From Takakia lepidozioides (Eukaryota > Plantae > Bryophyta), in contig CM060731.1 of NCBI GenBank assembly GCA_030704615.1, positions 89,962,001-90,026,000 of the forward strand: a stretch of DNA of 64,000 bases. The letters run 5' to 3'. Below are positions 38,252 to 52,596 of this stretch, piece after piece. The notes under the pieces were generated by a model, which was not told the origin of the DNA, ran no database searches, and saw only the letters and a list, made by a program, of their open reading frames with translations. Each line of letters starts with the position of its first letter. Positions within the stretch are counted from its first letter, which is position 1. A program made the position numbers and the translations under genes.

Positions 38252-41200
38252 CTATTTGGATGTCGCAACCAGCTCCTCAGTTGGTGTGGAGCGACATGTT
38301 CCAGAAATCGGTCTTGTGTTGTTCTGCAACCAAACCTTTGCATCGCCTTCAACCAAAGGAGAAACCTGTGGCATCCACTCCAGTAAGGGTGAGCCAGCAA
38401 TTACAAGATTGCCTCAAACGACCTTGTCACCGTCAGGATTCCGTTGCAAGATGCTACAGACAAGTGAGACAAGAAATGAAGAGCAGAGATAGGGAAGTAC
38501 GCTTTATACCTTGTCCCAAACTTTAGAGTGGTAGGTGTTCAACCACTTTACTTCATCTGCTGACAATAATGCGAGATCCAACAATTTCCTCTGTGTATGA
38601 AAACAATGAGTAAGAATATGTCAAATGGGATCCAGTAATGAGTGCTGGCTACTGCCTGGAAGCCTTACTAGAAAGAGTGACCCACATACCACCAAGCTCA
38701 TGAATGCTGTGTACACATTTGACTATCGTGAGTAAGCCATCTCAAAGATTTTCTGATGCTTTCCCAAAGGAAAACTCTATAAACACGGGGAAAAAACAAG
38801 AAGTGCCGCTTCATCACCCCAGGAGTCCACTCCAACCTGCCAACGTTTTAGTATCAACTGATTGGCCAACACAAACACATTATAGAGGAGACAACAACTT
38901 GAAACTTGTTGCTGCCTGATGACATGTCTTCACTGGCTCTGAATGCAAGGGCCCAGCTGGCACCTTCATGTGTAATTTACATATTGATCTTCTCTGGGGA
39001 GGGAGCATGCCTGGATCGGTACAAATGAGAGCGGCTCAAATCCAAGGTACGTGACTCCCCCAAAGCGATTGGCTGTTTCCTTCTCCCGCAAAATCAACAG
39101 ATTCTGTGCAAGTGTACCCATCTGATATATTAGAACTGACGACACCTGTTCAAGTCTTGACCTTCCTTTGGCCACATCCATTGTATTTCTGGCAAACTTC
39201 CACGATGGAAAAGAGAGAAAAGACGGAGAGAGAACAAAAGCATGCTCAACTGTCAAGCTACAAATGAAAAGGACAGGATGGTGTGAGACCTAAGTGGTGG
39301 TCAGACATAGAGAAGCCGTAAGTTCTGGTAATGTGAGCATTCTTAGAAATGAGGTGAGGAACCTTCCCCATAAAGGTCATTGGAATGCAATGCTGGAGCA
39401 GGAATAGAATGACAAGCACAGTGAAAGAGAGGAGTCTCTAGATCAAGCAGCAGCTTGCTGTAGTCATGAAACTAGGGGCAAGGTAGAAACCTCAATTCGA
39501 ATGCCAAAGGCACGGTCTTCATAATAGCCAGGCTCGTTGCTGATGATCATGCCAGCTTGCAACCCTGTCATGTTGCCATAACGGGCACTCACACTCTGTG
39601 GCCCCTCATGCACATTCAACGCCGCCCCTACCCCATGGCCAGTCCCTGCCATGTACCACGAAAATGATGAACTACAGCTTCATCTTCTCAACACTCTGTT
39701 CTTGCAAACCCTCCTTGAAACAGGGCCCTTGGGTATACAGCGAAGGATAACATGCACTGACAAAAATTTACCATTATACCAGCAGCAACATAACATGATC
39801 AATGATAGGATTAGCAGGAACTTGTTCAGGTTTTACTATCCCACATCTAATTCCTCAAGTGGAGTTTGAGTACAATGTTTTGGTGTGTTATGTAGTATTG
39901 CTTGGAAGACTGACTTGAATATAAAGACAAGTTGATGCACATAAATTAGTTCCTTTCCTCATGACAAGAATCATAGAGTGAGGCACCATACCATGGCGAT
40001 AGTCCAAGCCAATTTTCCAGAGGGAAGAACGAGCAAGCACATCCAGCACAAATCCTGGAATATTTTCTGGAAAGACAGCTGTGTCAACCGCAATATGCCC
40101 CTGCAAGACCCTCAAACAAAAACCATGAGGAGAGATCAACATCAACCATGCTTGATTAATTGAGTGTTTTGCGCTGGAAGAAAAGGAGGAGAGAGAAGAC
40201 TCCGACTAAAGCTGGCGTAACTTGAGGCTACTGCCCCCATTTGGAGGTGGGCACTATAAAGTGAACTTGATTACATACTTGTTGGTCGATTGGTTGTTTT
40301 CTAGTTTCCGTTTGTTGGTAATAATTGCTGTAAGAGAGCGTATGGCTGTCAGGTGTATTGCGGAGGAGAAAGAACGACAAAGTCAGGCATACTGGTCTAA
40401 TATAAGGCACAGCAAAGCAGAAACCTGCAAAACACGAGTGAAGCATTCTTTCTGGCGAGCACTGGGAGTTCCAAAGTGGACAGTGCGAGTAATGTCTGTG
40501 GTTCCATCCACATATTGGGCACCACTGTCTAACAGGAACAGCTTCTCAGTATCCACATGGCCACAGGTTGCCTCCTCAGCCCTGTAGTGTACTATTGCAC
40601 CGTGGGCCCCTGCACCTGTTCAGCACAGATGTAGCCTTCATTAGCCCCATGAGCTTGCCATTGAAGAGCCCCTATGGAGCTGTTGTGAAGCATATTCCCA
40701 CATGCTAGAGCTTCCCACCAATCGAGTGGGTCATAAAGCAGCCTCTAGGGCCTCAGCATAGTCCGTTGGACCTGATTATACCCCTTGACAGTTGCTGCAA
40801 GATATCCCCACCCAATACTTATAACTAATGTCATTGCTGTGCTCCTTAAGGGGTAGTGATTCCAAAGGAACAGGAAGAATTCTTGTATCAGGATAAAAAT
40901 GAGGGGAGAATTGAAGTAGAAAAGAAGGGACGTGGGAGGGTTGAAGAGAGAGAAAGTGACCACTTATAGTTTCGAAACTAGTGTCCAAAAAGCCTGACTG
41001 CTTGGAGCGAAACTCCTCCAGCCTATCAGCTACCTCAACCTCAGTGAATCTTTGTTTTTCGTCCACAATCTTATTCTCCAACCATGCCCAGAACTCGGCA
41101 AGTGCAGCTGCATCCCTGTGTAATTTAGCAGAAGAAAAACAAAAAGAAGTGATGTTAACTACATTGAAAAAACAGACAGAGGTAGTTGCGGCTGCACAGA

Positions 41201-44200
41201 ACTCAGACTATACTCACAGCATCACACTGATTGTTAAATGACCATCTATCATTCATCATCTTGCATTAAGAAAAAGGATCCATTGATCCATACTTCCAGC
41301 CAGGTTACCTAGCCACTGGAAGCAGTCTATACCCTAAGGCCTGCGTTGGTCTGAGTCTACCACCCTTAAGGCCTGCACAAAATTAAGGGTACCCCACTAT
41401 AGTATTAATGATGTCAAGAGGGAACAAACTGCACAAAGCCTAGAGAAGGGAGCAGAAACGAAGAGACACTGCTGGAACAAGGTACACTGACACTGATGAA
41501 TGGGAGCTATAATGACCACAAACCTCATGTTCTGAAAACAAGAGGGACTGAGAGAGGATTTAATGGAGAGGGCAAGACAGAAAGCAGAAAGAAGAGAGAT
41601 GTAGTGAGAGAGGCAGCCAAGGGAACAAAAAACAATTGCACAGCCAGACGTATAGAATGGGGTGAAAGCAAGGAAAAAATAGGAACCTAAGATGGGCTTG
41701 TCTCATTCCTTCTAGCTCAGCAGCATTTTTAATAGCCTTTGAAAGACCAACAGGGGAAGCCCGGTGCAATGCTGCCGGCCCGTTTGCCTCTTTCTCAAAC
41801 AACTCCCTTTCTTCCTTGCCTTGAGCTGGACTATTGCCCCCTCTTCCATCGGACTTCAGGCTATTGAGATTCTCATAGTATTGAAGGCATGCATCGCTGA
41901 AGGCATTCTTGATGGCCACACTCACTTTAGACGAATCCAACCATAACTTTGCTCCCTCCCCAGCCAATCTGCAAGGCATGCAAGCACTTTGGTAGAAACG
42001 AAATCACTATCCCTCCAATTCCAATCCTTCTTTTACTTCTGCCTGCTCACACAAAAACAGCGGTTCTCTCTGTGTCAACATATGGCCACTGACCTCCCTT
42101 GGACATATCAATTCTTCTTCTCTCTCTTGTGTCTCATTGGCCTTGCAGCTTCCTGTGGATGTAAATACACAGGACTCGTGAGGTTTCTATGTAAACGCTA
42201 GTGTCTATATTGAAGAAGCTGGATCATCTCCAGATGTATGATGTCATTAAGCAAAACAGGACTAGATCCAAATGATCTAGGACTGGACAGGTCATCACAT
42301 GACTAAATCACACTCTCTTCCCCCCCCCCCCTGCCACCAGGCTACAATGAGCAAAGTCTGAAGAATACATCGCTCTCTATCTCCAGGAGCTGAAATAGTT
42401 CTTCCTTTCTTTCTGTGTTTCTTCTTTTAATCTAGCCAATGGGCTACAACAAGAAAATTTTAATGAGTGGTCTCTCCCCTAACCTCCTCCCTATCCGAAG
42501 GATAATTCAAAGAAGTTTGTTATGTTTGATATGAGGAAGACCTGCACAGGTGGCATCCAACCCATCGGCACTTCCATGCTGCAAATGAGTTCTTTTTTCC
42601 CTCCAGTCATTGGGAGTGTGTGGTCTACACTCAAGTTATTTGGAGTGATGTGTGGTTAATAAGTGGTTGGTTGAGGGATACCTTTTGATTTCAGGAACCA
42701 AAGCTGTGTAGGGCCTCACAGATATACCAGCTTGACTCAAATGGGTAGCAACTTCAGGCTTAACCTTCCCTATCTCCACAAAAAGAGAAGCCGTCTCTAG
42801 ATCCACCACCACATAAGCATATACAACTGGGGAATGGGGCACGTCACCTCCCCTCTGCAATGGTACCAAGTTCCTACTCAAAATAGATGGCAATCGTCGA
42901 CTTTAAAAGCATCTTACCTGTACAACATTCACCATGTATTTATGTGCCAAACTTTGTACATACATGTGAGTCAGAAGATTAAAAAAATGCCACTATCTAT
43001 CAGCATAAAAACGCCTTAGGAGGGGTATACATTTGTACAAAGCTAAATGAAAAGCCACTAAAGGGGAATACAAGTACCAGATTCAAAAGCCAAGCCACTT
43101 CATCAAGCATAGTGATCACAATAGCTGTAGCACCGGCGCTAATCAATTCTTGGCGCAAAGTAGCTAGCTTTGTGGCAACATCCACCCCAGCAAACTTTAA
43201 TTCATGCACTCTGAGAGGGGATGAAGGGGGGAGAGGCCTTGCATCTCCCCAAACTTGATCCACCGGATTGCTCTCATATAGAAGCACAAGTTCATGGCCC
43301 TCTTCTGCAATGGTGCGCCTCAGTTCGTCGCCTGCATCACAGGAGAACAGAAACTGTTCACACAATACAACTTAGTCAGCAGACCTGTTATAGAGTATCA
43401 GCAGCTCTCAAAGCAGAATTCTTTTATAAGCAGCTGGCAAAGTGACACATCAGATCACTCGGTTATAGTTCATTTTCAACACAAAACATGTTGGTCTCTT
43501 ACTTAATGTAGAAATTCCCGAGGATAAGGAAATTCACACTCAAGTCTTCCACAATTTCTAGCCCACATCACACCCAATCGACAAAGCCTATACATCCAAC
43601 ATATCCACTGACTAAGGATAAGTTACTCACCGGGTCAATCCCAACCCTGGAGGCCCGCGGTAAAGAGTCCCTCAACCATTCACTTACAGAGGGGACTCCG
43701 GGTGTGCCTGCCCGCATCAAAATCCACTCAGGCCCTAGCTGGTTCTCAGCCTGTGTGACACTCATGAAATGATGAGATACACATTTAACAAAAGAAGCCT
43801 TAGCACCGGAGGCACTGGGCACAACTATCACGAATACCTGACAACTTGTAGGTATGCTTAAAATGTTGACTACGTTCACTGTTTTGGTTCACAACTCCTC
43901 TCCTTCCTTACTCAATATCACAAGCTGCCTATTAGAGACCCAAAAGGACAGCCATTAAACAGCTTTAGCATACAGAGTACAACCATGAAGTAGAAACCCA
44001 CAGAATGATAAGGAATTGAAGTACCTGCAGAAAGTAGCGGCCGTCCGTCCAGAGACCTGCCTTATCCTTAGTAATCACGGCGGTTCCTGCACTGCCGGTG
44101 AATGCCGAGATATAAGCTCGGCGCATGAAGCAATCGGCTATGAACTCGCTCTGCATTCAGGATCCATCCCATTTTCCTGTGTCACTTGCAAGCGAGAAGC

Positions 44201-45351
44201 TGCACAAACCTAGCAGTCAATACCTGGTTATTTCTTTGTTCCTTCCAAGTCAATGGATCAACACAGCAAGTACCATGATCTGACCATTTGAAACCTTGAC
44301 CGCAGGTGGCATCAAAAGGTTGTGGGCAACACACCCCCCCCCCCCAAGGGGAGGAAGATGTATAATTCACCTGATGGGCATCTTCGGATGGAACTATGTA
44401 GGCATCCAAGCCTTTCTCAACACCACTATTCTCAAACGCTCTCCGGAGGCTGGCCAGCTTCTCATCAGGCACAAACTGCTTCATTGCAGATTTTCTTGCT
44501 GCACTTGGCGTAGCCACTACTGCGTCTCCAGCAGCAGTCTTACCTGCAGCAGAACTTGACACCTGGATGGCAATGTAGGAGGACCCATCGATAAGTTGAT
44601 CAAGACATTTCTGTCCGTTAGATATACTCACAAAAGAAGATTCTGGATAATCGGTCTCAAAGAGGAAATCTCGGCCCCATGGCGTTGTGAAAGTTCTACT
44701 CACAGTGACATTAGTGAGGACTCAAATTCGTGAGGCAAACCAAGTACCCGTCCAATATCTGAAGAGAAACCCGACAGCGATTTGAGATCTTACATTTCTG
44801 GTGGAAACATTGATGCCTGTCGGTCCCAAAGTTGAGCCCGTTCTAGAGCTGGACACCTCTCCCAAATCCCGCAAAACATCTGGCATTTGACGGGATTGAG
44901 TGCTTGGCCTTCCAGGGGCACCCTTCGAATGTCTCAATTTCTTGGCCGGAACAATCTCCGAGAAACAAAGTGTCTCCCTGACTGGTCTAATGCAAGATCC
45001 CGACGTGGAGCTCACAATCTCTGTGCCTTTTACTGGATGACCACCTAGCACTGACGGCTTAGCTCCTTGTATCCGGGACCTCCAAGAATTTGAGGATAGG
45101 GTCGAGCGAGTGTGAGACAAGCTATTGGCATTACAGTACTTCGTAGCCAATCGCACATTTCTAGAACACAGACAAACTCTACTATTGTTCGATTTACTCT
45201 GAGAAAATTGAACGGGTAGGGAGAGAGAAGAGAGAGAGGCAACTGAGCAGCAGGGAGAGATTCTCTTTCTCGGAACTACAAGGCGGCGGGATTGAACCAA
45301 GGGGGTGGAAACCTGAGAGAGAAGGCTGCTCACCGCAACAGTTCTTGCCAT
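38252..45351 (-). CDS. APP2: Xaa-Pro aminopeptidase P (M24B), plastid-targeted, multi-exon
   Basis: Ser/Arg-rich transit-peptide-like N-terminus from the ATG at 45351. Exon motifs [120 protein letters not shown] and [13 protein letters not shown]. Stop at 38252-38254. The first-exon donor site is not resolved. Confidence 0.93.
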
Positions 45352-45898
45352 TGTCTATGGGACTGATGGCCGAAAGACTGGACAGATCAAATTATGCTCT
45401 GCTATGGGAAGGGCGTTGCTTTGGCAAACAAGAGGAATCTTCGTACACACAGAAGAAAACTCAAAGAAATAACACGCGCAGAAAAGAAAAGTTTCATGCT
45501 TTCAAAAGATTTGAGGCAGGAGCTTCTGAAGAAACAATAATCTCTGATACAATCATCTACAGAGCATAGATTGAGAGAGAGGGTGTCTCGCAAGGAAGCT
45601 AAGAGGACAGGTTAAAGTTGGGGCTCCAAAGATGGGCTTGGGTTCAAATCCACGCTCTCCACCCAATTGGTGCCCAGATTTGCTAATCACTGGTTAGTCA
45701 CAGTGCAAACTGACAACGCCATACTTACCCCTATAGCTAATTTTGTACATTCTCCACAAATTCGTCCTTTGTATGTAAATAATTACTAATGTGGGTTTGA
45801 ACCGAGGACCACCTGTGGTGCAGGTGCCCGTGATCATCTGCTTCCCAATGTCATGCTGAAGAGTTCGTGTTTGTTAAATTGCAAGGCAGGGTTTAGCG

Positions 45899-47888
45899 AT
45901 GGCGATGGTCCCAAGCAGCCCGTCTGGAAATGATGATGGAAGAGGCTGGTCCGGAAAAGGGGTGAATGAGGACAATGTTGTACCTGAGGGTATGCCCATC
46001 GGGTCAGATGGAAACCCTACCGTTTGTCTCTTTAAAGGCCTGGCTGATGCATTGGCAGGCGGGGTCATGGGATCTGTTTTCGGATTTGGTAAGGTTTCTT
46101 CAACCCATCGCTTTTGAAGCATCTCTTAAGTACCTCTTCGCATCGGCATGCAATCTAGAGGAAGTCTCTTCTTGATTTAGGGCGTGCATTCTTTAGTGTG
46201 CGAGGAGAGATTTGGGGTTTTCAATGAGGACCAACAGGACCACCCCGTTTCCCCTTTATTTCGGCCGTATTATCGTTCCAGTAGTGAAAATAGAAACATT
46301 CTGAGAAGGAAGGCGTCAATCCGAGTCACTTAAAACAGTAGGCGGACATGAAGAATTCACGGCCAGTTATTGGAGGGATAGAAGAGTGGTGAAAGGAAGG
46401 AGAGGATGAGCAGGCACTCCTCCAATTCCCGATATAGTCTGTCAAGTTGATAGGGAAAAACCCCTTTTTTTGCAATTCCAGAAGGTTCTTGTGCGAATTG
46501 TGCAGCTTACATGGATGCATGCGCTAGTGCCGGGAGGTTTGGTGAGGGTTTACGATTTCATGAAGGTTCTATTAAAGGAGAGAGAAACCAGGGGGAGCAT
46601 GCAACTATCATGTATGAATTTGCTTGGGCCCTAAATATCACCTGGCCTTTTGTTGATGTATGATGCAGGACCAGGGCTGTTCAAGAAGCAGGGATTCAAA
46701 GGAGCTTTGAGAGAGGGGGCCTCTTCTGCAAAGGTGGATGTTTAAATATTCTAGGACCTTTTTATTTGCATCAGTTGACTTGAAATGAGTTTTGTGAACT
46801 ACAACTTCTAGTTGTAAGAGTCATTCTGTGGACGTACTGCAAGCTATTGTAATTAGTACATTGTACATGCTTGTAAATAGGGACGCAATGCTACGATTTT
46901 CATGCAGTGAGCAAGAAGCTGTACCATGTTTGTTTGCTGCTGTAGACATTTGCGCTGCTGTCAGGGGTGCACAGTCTCGTGTCATGTTACTTGAAGAGGG
47001 TTCGTGGTAAAGACGATGGTAACCACTCTCTCCCTCTCTCTTTGGTCTCGACTGGTAACCTGGTCTCTGACCACGAGTTGACAGCAAGTAGTCCAATGAG
47101 TACATATCTGTTTGCTTTTCTGTCTCTTGCACTGTCCTCAGTGTGTGAACCATATTGGACTGGCTCACTCCCCCTTCAGTGCTCATGAGCACTTGTTTCT
47201 GAACTGTTCTCTTTTGCAGCTATGTTCTTCTTTTCTTTCTGTCTCCTTGCCTTGTTTGGTCTGCTTACCATCGTATAAGGCTGTATTCCTGCTAGCGTGC
47301 CTTCCTCCTCCCTCATAGACTCTATTTGACAAGGAAACCCGGGGAGTTGGGACCAGCTTGGAACGCAGGTATTGCAGGCTGCGCTACTGGTTTGGCACTT
47401 AGCACACCCGGTATGATACTCACATTATTACCACTTCCGTTGTTGAACTAGAGTAGGCACTTGTTTTGAAGTTGTTGCTTGCACAGATTTTGATTTGCAG
47501 TGGTTGGGCTGGTGATCTATTTTGCTCCTTGCTTCTGTCAACTTCTTTCATCATGAAGAAACTGCTGAACCTGTATGCATCCTTGTCACTTGCAGGGAGC
47601 CCACAAGCCCTGGCACAGAGCTGTATTAGTCTTGGAGCCTTTTCCTTCATCATGGAGAAAATGAGTCATCCACGGACAGCAATCGCCGCAACTTCCTCTA
47701 GCACATCCAATTCTGGGCCTAGTTTCAATACACATGTGCACTGGCATTTCCCTTTACCAGTTCTTCCTCCTTTCACACTACCCCCTCTTTCATTTTCGAG
47801 CCGTTTCACTTTCCAAAAGCCACACTCCAGTGCCTGTCTACCCAAAGGTCAACAACAGCTGTGTGATGAGGGGGCGCCACCTGTATGA
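45899..47888 (+). CDS. Tim17/Tim22/Tim23 (PRAT) family protein, HP20/HP22 (TIM22-2/-3)-like, 5 exons
   Basis: Exons 45899-46088, 46669-46733, 46946-47018, 47357-47410 and 47596-47888, all GT-AG. They give [76 protein letters not shown]. Confidence 0.9.
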
Positions 47889-49369
47889 GCTATTTTCTTT
47901 CATCTGTTGGGGCCTCATCAGGGTGGCTGCAGCATTCGGGCTTTTACTGGCCTCCTACGGAAAGGCATGGTCATATCATGCTTGTTTGTCTATCTGTCTG
48001 CCTCCAGGAGAAGTGTGAAATAGTGCACGTGAAAGAATTCATATGCAAGGCAGACCCACTTCACTCCCTTGCTCTCTCATGTGCCTTTCCTCTCCATACC
48101 CCCACCCTATTTTAGTATTACCCCCAATGTCAAACAATTGGCAGTGAGTTGATATGACCTAGAGACAATTGTGAAAATATGGCAAAATCAGTGGTTGAAC
48201 CCCAAGTTGTGTGCTGGTTGTCACTCTGCTCCCTTGTGTTTCTGTCAATAGATACGTGTTCTAATGTGATTCAACGACCAAGGTTTGTTTTGCTTGCTCT
48301 CAAAACTGTCTTATCGATTTCCAGATGGCCTTTCATTACAAAGAAAGTGTATATCTACAGTGTGATTGTTTACCTTGGGTCTGATCATTCAATGGATTAG
48401 GACTAACAGGATCAAATGTTAGCAGCTTTTGTAACAATCAAACCTCTTATAGTAAACTAAGCCACCTCTGAACAGATTAACCTTCCAACCTAGAGACCTC
48501 TTTTGTTGTTTGCCAAAGAATATTGGATCCTTCTGGGTGCCAAGTGTGCCTTGCTCTCTCTCAAGACTCTGAGTAACAAGCTTTGATCGTCACTTTCTCT
48601 ATGACCATCTGTCCTTGAGTTCTCTTTGTTCTTTGTCCAAGACTCAGCATCACATCCCCTCGAAGTATTCTTGGAGGTCTCATCCCCTTGCTATGCTCTA
48701 AAGATATCCAAGCTTACATATTCGGATATCTTTTCTTGCTCTTACAACTTACTTTTTGCTTTACTTGGTTGACTAGCCTTTCCTAGGCTTTTTGCCAATC
48801 TAACTTTGCTTAAGTCTATATTATACTATATACCTTCGGCGAACGAAGGTTGTCTCTCAACAAAATATTTTGTTCTGGTTAAGTCCATCCACCACCTTTG
48901 ACAATTACTGAAGGTGGTTTCTAAAAGGGTCATGTCTCAACTTCATACTCCACCTTCGGCAAACGAAGGTGGTCCCTTAAAAAAATGTCTACGTCCTGTT
49001 GAACCGTAGAGCTGTCTATCTTACGAAACCGAACATCATACCCCACTTTTGGCAACCATACGTGTTTCTTAACAATACCTTGTTTGTTGCATGTCTCTAC
49101 CTTAGGTAGCTGATGTCATCCATTGCAGCAATACCTTATTTTTTCAACATCAGCCGCCACATGTGGCAACCGAAGGTGGTGTAACAAACAATACATTGTC
49201 AGGTTACATTATTCTCATATTAAAATACGACGATAATTCAAGTGTGATTGTGGGGGTGATAAAATAGCAACTCATTGCGGAAAAGAAGCACACTTTTAGG
49301 AAATACCATGTGGGGGACAATGTTTCCCTTTTGATACCATTAATTTGTGAAAAGGGAAAGGTAAGAAGA

Positions 49370-49720
49370 AGGACAAGAAATTATCTCCTCAGTATTGCAG
49401 GCCTTGGCTGATTGTGAAACGCATTAATGACGTTGCATATAAGCTAGAGCTTCTAAAGTCATTCAAGATATATCTAGTGTTTCACGTGTGCAAGCTCAAA
49501 AGGATTTAAATGATGAGGATAATGTGATAGAATCTGGTTGGAGAGTGACCAACACGTACCTTGGTGGGTTTTGGATAGAAGAGAGCGCAGAATGCGCAAT
49601 CGTCTCATTAAGGAATGTACTTCCTTTGACTAATGCTACTTGAGAGTGTGGGCAGACACTGAGAAAAAAATACCCAAGCGTAGTCTTCAAGGGGTAGAGA
49701 ATGTCATAGCGGAAAAGTCA
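49370..49720 (+). mobile_element. Degenerate Ty3 integrase C-terminus, PPT and LTR start
   Basis: KLSPQYCRPWLIVKRINDVAYKLEL...VFHVCKLK (GPY/F-like region). Purine tract aaggggtagagaa is followed by TGTCA at 49702. Confidence 0.65.
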
Positions 49721-49799
49721 GTTATGGGCTTTTAAGCAATCCATAAAAAATGAAAATAGAGGAAAGGCTCTAATAGCATGAAGTTGGGAATTGACCATT

Positions 49800-51500
49800 T
49801 TCGGAACTACCTTCGATAATTGTCAAATATGGTGGATGGACGTACTAGAACAAAATATTCACCGCCATCGCTTGCCCAGAATCCACCTGTACAAGTGGTC
49901 CTCCGAGTGTTGCCCCGCACATAAATCCCATGCCTCGCCCTCGTCCTACACCTCATGCCTGACCACCTCGTCCTCTCTGGGCTGCAGTACATCGCCCCCG
50001 GCCACCATTGTTCCCTTGGTGTTGGCCTGGACGCAACTCAGGATGAGGATCGTAGCAATGGTTCATGTCATGACCATATTTGCCACAATGGTTGCATTGC
50101 AATTGTGTAGGTTGAGCTTGTGTCTGCCCCTTGTCCTTATCTAGGCAAACCTTCTTGACATAGGGTCCTCCACATATCCAACACACCACCCCTGGTGCCT
50201 ATAAAAGAAGCTACTGGCCTCTGCACCTGAGGTCCTCTGTAAGCTGCATGGGTTTTGGGTTGGGCAACCTTGCCTCCTTGACCACGTTGTTGAGTAGTGT
50301 GTTGCGTTTGTTGATTGGCAGGCACACCTCGTGGCATGTCCTTGTCAAACCCAATGGTCACTACAAGTATGACGCCTCCCGAAGGGAGCGTAACTTATGG
50401 TGTCTCTTCACCACAAAGGCTATTGCCTTCCAGCTGAAAGGTGAACACCTTCATGGTCACTACACGCTCCTCCACCATATTGAGCTCAATCCGCTCAGCT
50501 AGCAGAAACACATCTGCTAAGGTGGGTTGGGCCGCTTGTAACAGGGTTGCATCCCGCACCATTCTCTTGAGCTCTTTGTCCAAAATTTCATACCAGAACT
50601 GGACTGCTTGAGCTTCAGTGACCCCTTGGGTCACACTTATCAAGCGCCTCATACGAGTGTAGGCCTCTCGCAAGCTCTTATTGGACTTACGCTGGAAGTC
50701 TTGCAAACTCCGCAGCTCCTCCGTCCTCACCTCTTTTGGTAGTTCCTCCGCAACTCCTGGAAGAACTCCACCACCGGGTTGAATCTAGGCACAGGTGTTG
50801 TGGTCATGGTAGGAAGAGTGGTAGCACCTCCAAAACTGGTACCACCTGACCCAGAAGTACCGGCATCACTTGTTCCACTACTGCTTGAAGTTGAAGATGT
50901 TGGTGTTGATGCAGCTACTGGCCGTATCGTGCCTCGAGTAATGGAGACGTAGTTGGGTGACCAATACATTCTCCATTCCTCAATCTTTGCTTCATGTCCC
51001 CGCCTGAACTCATGGTAATCATCCATGGGCGACCCCTCAAGGTGCTGAAATAGTCCTTTCCATGCCATGAATGGCGTGAACAACTGTGGATTGCGCATCT
51101 GTTGCAAATCACACCAGCTGTCAAACTCCTGGATAAAGTCATCCAACTCGATTTTGCCCACAGCTCCAGAGTACTTATGAGGCCCCTTGGTAGCTCTATA
51201 CATCTCCTCAATATCGACCCACAACAATGGCGAAGAAAATTGTGCCCAGGTTGGTGTAGATGTTAAGTCTGCGTCAGACTCTGAGCTCGATGATGGTGAA
51301 GGTGAATGTGGTCTGAACCGGACTCCTCACCTTGTAATCCCACTGACAGTACTGGTGCTTGTGTTAGCCCTTCCTTCTGAACCCTCTGCCAATTCCGTGA
51401 TGTCCGTTGTTGTCCAAACCTCCCCACGTGACACTATAAGGCTCTACAACTAGCTCTAACAGTGACACGGGTGGACACCTGTTGCGGCTTAAGGGTCATA
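49800..51500 (-). mobile_element. Ty3/gypsy gag fragment, family C (disrupted)
   Basis: HKYSGAVGKIELDDFIQEFDSWC, LQDFQRKSNKSLREAYTRMRRL, and zinc knuckles CWICGGPY..C and CNHCGKYGHDMNHC. Frameshifts present. Confidence 0.75.
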
Positions 51501-52398
51501 TCCCAATGGCTAAGGGCACCTACACCTGCATCCACCGCAAGATTGCATATGGTCTGCTAGTCATCAACCCAGCCTCGTCATAGAAGAAACACTGGTGGTA
51601 TTGCTGGTCAAATCATTCCAGCCTCACCACCGGCAGCACACTCTAGGATTGGATCGCTGATCAAATCCGAGCCAACCATCTATAAAAACAAGCGCCCATA
51701 CAAAACTAACGGGCAGTTGCAGGATAGGGTGTCTCAGTTTGGACGTCATCGAGCAGTTTTTCAGTGACTGTGCTTCATGTTATTTTTTTTTTGTTCACAA
51801 TAGTTTATCTTTATTATAAAGAACATTGGTTCTTGTATACCACCTACGAGACCTATATAATATAACAATTTTTTCGCAAATTGGATGAACTATAAGAATG
51901 CTATGGACTTTTGAATCTCAAAACATGTTTTGTCATCGGCACAGTTTTTTGTGCTATGGACTCTAAAAAACATATCTAAATGTAACCAATTGTGATAAGG
52001 ACAAAAAGCCATGTATAGAAATTGTGCAATGTTTCAATAGGTGAAAGTAGTTTGGAAATCTATCTCATTTATACCAAGCTATGGACTTTTTTATACATAA
52101 AAAAACAGGTATTTTTCATTAGTCCATCGCATATTGTCTTTTGGGTTTTTGCGATATCATCTTTCACTAATAAATATACAAACATATAATCTAGAATGGC
52201 CAGGTGGTATATGGACAAATGGTCATACACTCTAAGATTTTACTCCTAAAAGTTTTTTTCAATTAAAGATTAAAATTTCTAATAAATAATATTTATAATA
52301 TTTGGGGTTAGACCCTTTACTAAAGATGTTAAGTATACTATTGTCTATCTTTATAAGAATCAAACTGAAAACATATGCTCACCCGACAACAACAACAA

Positions 52399-52399
<1 letters not shown>

Positions 52400-52443
<44 letters not shown>
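52400..52443 (+). repeat. Poly(A) tract preceded by (AAC)n
   Basis: More than 40 consecutive A. Confidence 0.9.
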
Positions 52444-52445
<2 letters not shown>

Positions 52446-52596
52446 CGTTGCTTTTCAAAGCCTCACTACCTCCCAAAAACCCCACAACATGAGTACAATT
52501 TTTTTTCCACTCACTTTAATTCAAATCAAATCAAATTACAATCTTCAGTTCCCAACTTTTTCTTCAGCTCACGAAATTGCTCCCCAGGTTCCCTCC

